DNA from: Pseudomaricurvus sp.
GTDB lineage: Bacteria; Pseudomonadota; Gammaproteobacteria; Pseudomonadales; Cellvibrionaceae
Reading direction: 5' to 3'
Length of the DNA: 64,000 nucleotides
Assembly (NCBI RefSeq): GCF_965662505.1
Contig: NZ_CBFIHX010000002.1
Coordinates: 1,948 to 65,947 of the forward strand
Part shown: positions 59,988 through 64,000 of the stretch, piece after piece
Position numbering within the stretch: the stretch's first letter is position 1
How the letters are laid out: each line of letters starts with the position of its first letter
Notes under the pieces: model-generated
What the model saw: only the letters and a program-made list of their open reading frames with translations
What the model was told of the DNA's origin: nothing
Database searches by the model: none
Program-made: the position numbers and the translations under genes

Positions 59988-61814
59988 ATGTATAAACAAA
60001 CTCTATTAGCCGCTGCACTCGCAGGCCTTACTTCGTTACCTTCACAGGCAGAGATCGATAAAAGCTCCAGCCTGGAAGAAATGGTTGTAACAGCTCACCG
60101 TATTCCTGTTCAGATCAGCCGAATTGGCTCATCCGTTAGCGTGCTGTCGGCAGCCGATATTGAGGCCAAAGGACAGTTGTCCGCGGCTGATTTGCTGAGA
60201 ACTTTGCCAGGGATTGCGGTGAGCAATACCGGTGGTATGGGCAAGCAAACCACTCTGCGTATCCGTGGAGAAGAAGGCTACCGCACCGTAGTTTATGTCG
60301 ATGGCGTAAAAATTTCGGATCCTACGGGAACACAGGTAGGCCCTCGATTTGCTCATCTGATGACCAGTGAGATTGAGCGAATCGAAGTGCTGCGTGGTCC
60401 ACAGGGGATGATGTACGGTGCCGATGCCGGTGGGGTGGTGAATATTACAACCAAGCGTCCGACTCAGGCTTTGGAAGGCGATGTCAGCGCTGAATACGGC
60501 CGCTACGACACCCGTAACCTGAGCGCGAATCTGCGTGGCAAAGTAGAATCTTTTGATTATTCCATCAGCGCCAGTGATGTATCGACCGATGGCTTCAATG
60601 CTCGTGATGACGATACTGTTTTGGCGGATGATGACGGCTACGACAATACTTCGCTGAATGCTTCATTAGGCTGGGATGCGACCGAAGCTCTTCGTTTCGA
60701 GCTGGATGTTCGGGATGTGGACAGCTACAACGAGTACGATGGTTCTTTTGGCAGTACCGACAGAGCCAGTGACTACGAGCAGACCACGGGTTTGTTGAGA
60801 GCTATTTATGAAGGTGAAAATCATACTCAACAGCTCAGTTATTCGGCCAACAAAGTTGACCGTCAGCTGTATACCGATGGTCTGAAAACCTATGTCTATG
60901 AAGGTACTCTGGACACCGTTTCTTATCTTGGTTCCTTCAAGCTCTCTGAGCAAAACACCTTGGTTTTAGGCGTTGATGACGAGAAGCAGCGCGATAAGCT
61001 GAATCATACCAAGCAGGACCAGCTTGGGATCTACGCTGAATGGCAGGGCCAGTTCACGGATCAGTGGTCTTACAGTGCGGGTGTTCGTCACGACGATAAC
61101 GATGCTTTCGGTGAGCATACGACCTATCGACTGACCACCGCATATGTGCAATCTTTGAGCGATGGTAATTACCTCAAGTACAAAGCATCCTACGGTACCG
61201 GTTTTCGCGCACCCAGTTTGTACGAGCAGAACTACAACGCAAACTCTGTGGCAAAAACAGTTTTGACGGAAGAAACCAGCGAAGGCTTCGATGTGGGTGT
61301 GGAATTACACACCGCCAGCGGGCACTTATTTGAAGTTGTGTATTTCAATCAGGAAATTGACGACGCTATTGATTTTGATGTGGTGGGTTACACTGGCTAC
61401 ATGCAAGAAGATGGTCTGAGTCGTTCTAAAGGGGTTGAGCTCAATTCGGAGCTGGTATTGAATGATCATCTGAGTTTGTTGGCCAATGCGACGTATAATG
61501 ACACTGCGACCTCTACCGGTGAACAGCGTGCTCGTCGTCCAAGACAGGTGTTTAATGTCGGTCTGCAAGCCATGATGTTGAGTGAGCGGTTGCGAGTCAA
61601 TGCAGATGTCAGAGGTTCTTACAATGCGATTGATAACGATGGCAGCAAGCTGGATGAGTACGAAGTGCTGAACGTGTCGGCTACTTACTTTGTCATGCCG
61701 CAGATGGAAGTTTACGTGCGTGGCGAAAATGTCATGAATGCCGACTACCAGGAAGTTAATCATTACAACACCAGCAAAGCTGCGCTGTACGGCGGTGTTC
61801 GTTATCGCTTTTAG
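59988..61814 (+). CDS. btuB: TonB-dependent vitamin B12 receptor
   Basis: Signal peptide, TonB box EEMVVTA, plug RIEVLRGPQ...YGADA.GGVVNI, C-terminal YRF; riboswitch-controlled. Confidence 0.9.
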   Translation: MYKQTLLAAALAGLTSLPSQAEIDKSSSLEEMVVTAHRIPVQISRIGSSVSVLSAADIEAKGQLSAADLLRTLPGIAVSNTGGMGKQTTLRIRGEEGYRTVVYVDGVKISDPTGTQVGPRFAHLMTSEIERIEVLRGPQGMMYGADAGGVVNITTKRPTQALEGDVSAEYGRYDTRNLSANLRGKVESFDYSISASDVSTDGFNARDDDTVLADDDGYDNTSLNASLGWDATEALRFELDVRDVDSYNEYDGSFGSTDRASDYEQTTGLLRAIYEGENHTQQLSYSANKVDRQLYTDGLKTYVYEGTLDTVSYLGSFKLSEQNTLVLGVDDEKQRDKLNHTKQDQLGIYAEWQGQFTDQWSYSAGVRHDDNDAFGEHTTYRLTTAYVQSLSDGNYLKYKASYGTGFRAPSLYEQNYNANSVAKTVLTEETSEGFDVGVELHTASGHLFEVVYFNQEIDDAIDFDVVGYTGYMQEDGLSRSKGVELNSELVLNDHLSLLANATYNDTATSTGEQRARRPRQVFNVGLQAMMLSERLRVNADVRGSYNAIDNDGSKLDEYEVLNVSATYFVMPQMEVYVRGENVMNADYQEVNHYNTSKAALYGGVRYRF

Positions 61815-61862
61815 TTGACGTTGTTTATATAAGCCCCTGTCAAATGATGGGGGTTGTTATTG

Positions 61863-61888
61863 AAAAGGAGGGGAAACCCTCCTTTTTT
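61863..61888 (+). terminator. Terminator-like hairpin between btuB and btuC
   Basis: AAAAGGAGGG-gaaa-CCCTCCTTTTTT. Confidence 0.75.
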
Positions 61889-61899
61889 CCGGGAAATTT

Positions 61900-62916
61900 A
61901 TGAAACGCACACAGCCCAAAAAGCTTCTGCTTATCCTCTTGGTGATGCTGCCATTAAGTCTAATGGTAGGGCTGGTTGTGGGGCCGGAAATCATTTTGCC
62001 TTTTATATCGGGGTCGGAATCCCAAACCTTTTCAAACCAGCTTATTGTTGAGCAGATTCGTTTGCCGCGTACCTTGATGGCAGCCATCATCGGTGCCACC
62101 CTGGCCGTATCCGGCGTGATGATGCAGGGATTATTTCGCAACCCATTGGCCGATCCGTCGCTGATTGGTGTCTCCAGCGGGGCGTCCGCTGGTGCCAGTT
62201 TTATGATTGTGATGGGCGCCGGATTGTTTGGTGTGCACGAACTACTGGGCGTCTCTTTTGTGGCGCTGGGCGCTTTTGTGGGCGCGGCGTTGGCAACCTG
62301 GCTAGTGTATCGTCTGGCGGCGACAGCCACTGGAACATCCGTTGCCACCATGTTGCTTGCGGGCATTGCGATCAGTGCCCTGGCGGGCGCGCTCAACAGC
62401 TTTTTCAGTTTTATTGCCGACAATCATATGCTGCGGCAAATCAGTTTATGGCAAATGGGATCTCTCAGCAGTGCGTCGTGGAATCGGGTCATACTGGCCT
62501 TTGCGCTGTTGGGAAGCTTGCTGTGCTGGTTTCCCCGTTACAGTCGTGCACTCAATGCCTTCCTGTTGGGTGAATCTGAAGCCCGCCACTTGGGTATTGA
62601 TGTCGATAAGATCAAAGTTCAAATTATTATTCTGGTGGCGTTGGCTGTAGGTGTTGCAGTGGCCTTAACGGGAACCATCGCCTTCGTGGGACTGGTGACA
62701 CCGCATATGGTTCGTCTGGTCATTGGGCCGGATCATCGCGGGTTGATTCCCTGCTCCGCACTGGCGGGGGCCATTTTGCTGGTGTTGGCTGACGCGTGTT
62801 CGCGCTATGTGATGGCTCCGGGGGAGCTGCCTATTGGTGTGGTGACCGCGGTGTTAGGGGCGCCTTTCTTTTTGTCGTTGCTGCGCAGGCAGCGTACAGC
62901 CGTGGAGGGTGTGTGA
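61900..62916 (+). CDS. btuC: FecCD/BtuC-family ABC permease
   Basis: IRLPR, QGLFRNPLADPSLIG, EARHLG, FVGLVTPH, ELPIGVVTA. B12 substrate inferred from context. Confidence 0.85.
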   Translation: MKRTQPKKLLLILLVMLPLSLMVGLVVGPEIILPFISGSESQTFSNQLIVEQIRLPRTLMAAIIGATLAVSGVMMQGLFRNPLADPSLIGVSSGASAGASFMIVMGAGLFGVHELLGVSFVALGAFVGAALATWLVYRLAATATGTSVATMLLAGIAISALAGALNSFFSFIADNHMLRQISLWQMGSLSSASWNRVILAFALLGSLLCWFPRYSRALNAFLLGESEARHLGIDVDKIKVQIIILVALAVGVAVALTGTIAFVGLVTPHMVRLVIGPDHRGLIPCSALAGAILLVLADACSRYVMAPGELPIGVVTAVLGAPFFLSLLRRQRTAVEGV

Positions 62917-63698
62917 TGTTGTCCCTCCGGCAGATTCAGTTGAGTTATCAAACGGGCAAGCAACCCGTCCCCATTTTACGAGATGTGAATCTTGAAGTGG
63001 CTGCAGGACAGGTTGTTGTTGTACTGGGCCCCAATGGCGCCGGTAAATCCTCGCTGTTGAAAGTGGCCAGTGGTGAAGTGGTGCCGCAGTCTGGCGAAGT
63101 GCATTTTAATGGCCAGTTGCTATCCTCCTGTTCACCCGCCGAAAAAGCATTGCATATGGCCGTGTTGCCACAGCAGTCGCTGTTGAACTTTCCGTTTACC
63201 GTGGAAGAAGTGGTGATGCTTGGGCGCACACCGCATAACACCGGTTTGGTGATCGATCAGGACATTGTGACTCAGGCGTTGCGCAGTACAGACTCCGATT
63301 ATTTGCGCGAACAAACTTATACCAGTTTGTCGGGCGGAGAAAAGCAGCGGGTTCAGTTGGCCAGAGTGCTGGCTCAGGTATGGCAAAGTGAAGATCAGCG
63401 GCAGCGAGTCGTGATTCTCGATGAGCCCACATCGGCACTGGATTACGCTCATCAGCAGATGGTCGCCAGTCTCTTGCGTGAACACTCTTCAAACGGGTGT
63501 TCTGTAATCACAGCCATGCACGATCTGAATCTGGCGGCGCAGTGTGCGGATCAGTTGGTACTGATGTGCTGTGGTCAGGTGCGTGCGGTGGGTTCACCTG
63601 ACGAAGTACTGCAGGAAGATCTGCTGCAAGAGGTCTTTCAGGTGGCGTTTCATCGCGTGACGCATCCGCAAACCGGTCGCCCATGGTTGTTATGCTAA
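62916..63698 (+). CDS. btuD: BtuD/HmuV-type ABC ATPase
   Basis: GPNGAGKS, LSGGEKQRVQLARVLAQ, ILDEPT, MHDLNLA; ATG shares one base with the permease TGA. Confidence 0.85.
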   Translation: MLSLRQIQLSYQTGKQPVPILRDVNLEVAAGQVVVVLGPNGAGKSSLLKVASGEVVPQSGEVHFNGQLLSSCSPAEKALHMAVLPQQSLLNFPFTVEEVVMLGRTPHNTGLVIDQDIVTQALRSTDSDYLREQTYTSLSGGEKQRVQLARVLAQVWQSEDQRQRVVILDEPTSALDYAHQQMVASLLREHSSNGCSVITAMHDLNLAAQCADQLVLMCCGQVRAVGSPDEVLQEDLLQEVFQVAFHRVTHPQTGRPWLLC

Positions 63699-64000
63699 TT
63701 CTCTGGGTGGTATCGGCACTCCTGCTGGACCGGCTGCTGGGCGAGCCGAGTCGTTTTCACCCTCTGGTGGGGTTCGGCAATCTGGCTATCTGGCTTGAGC
63801 GACGTCTCAATCAGTGGCAGGGTTCCAGTACAGAGCCATCAGTATCCGCCCGGCGCTTAAGAGGTGGGCTGGCGTGGTTGCTTCTCGTGTTGCCATTGCC
63901 GTTGATCATCGGGCTGGTATGGTTTGGCGGTGGCTTAAACGAGCTTGGAGAATGGCTGCTGGCTGTGCCAGCGCTTTACCTGAGTATCGGCTGGCAGAGT
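63692..64000 (+). CDS. cbiB: Adenosylcobinamide-phosphate synthase CbiB/CobD (3' partial)
   Basis: MLILWVVSALLLDRLLGEPSRFHPLVGFG, the CbiB N-terminal signature; runs off the window. Confidence 0.88.
   Translation, partial: MLILWVVSALLLDRLLGEPSRFHPLVGFGNLAIWLERRLNQWQGSSTEPSVSARRLRGGLAWLLLVLPLPLIIGLVWFGGGLNELGEWLLAVPALYLSIGWQS

Overview
A ~55% GC gammaproteobacterial core-chromosome segment. Gene order and the lambda O/P-like pair point to Cellvibrionales/Oceanospirillales; this is an inference. The left two thirds follow the Pseudomonas-type superlocus: gatCAB <> mreBCD-maf-rng-yhdP, the kdsD-lptCAB-rpoN-hpf-ptsN-rapZ-npr-mgtE-yjgA run, mlaC-bolA-murA-hisG-hisD, degS, zapG, zapE, rplM-rpsI, petA-petBC and sspAB. 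Several usual members are absent here (tldD/pmbA, kdsC, mlaFEDB, hisC). The right third holds ynfA, cysK, a Yip1 gene, lemA plus an M48 protease, a thiolase, parC, glpD, aceK, a polysaccharide deacetylase, an HD-GYP protein, a Bax-like glucosaminidase, radA, two PilZ genes and a cobalamin riboswitch-btuB-btuC-btuD-cbiB operon. Most notable: (1) a lambda O-like/triple-DnaT gene overlapping a lambda P-like gene with no other phage genes, a candidate domesticated helicase-loading system; (2) a single-ORF cytochrome b-c1 fusion with extra helices and an internal signal peptide; (3) a probable ATC start for mreC; (4) an Arg in the LptB Walker B motif; (5) recurrent short tandem duplications at gene boundaries, including repeated mini-ORFs upstream of parC and a possible uORF coupled to zapE. 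I recognised no rRNA, tRNA, CRISPR array, IS element or prophage. All assignments are by motif recognition, without database searches.
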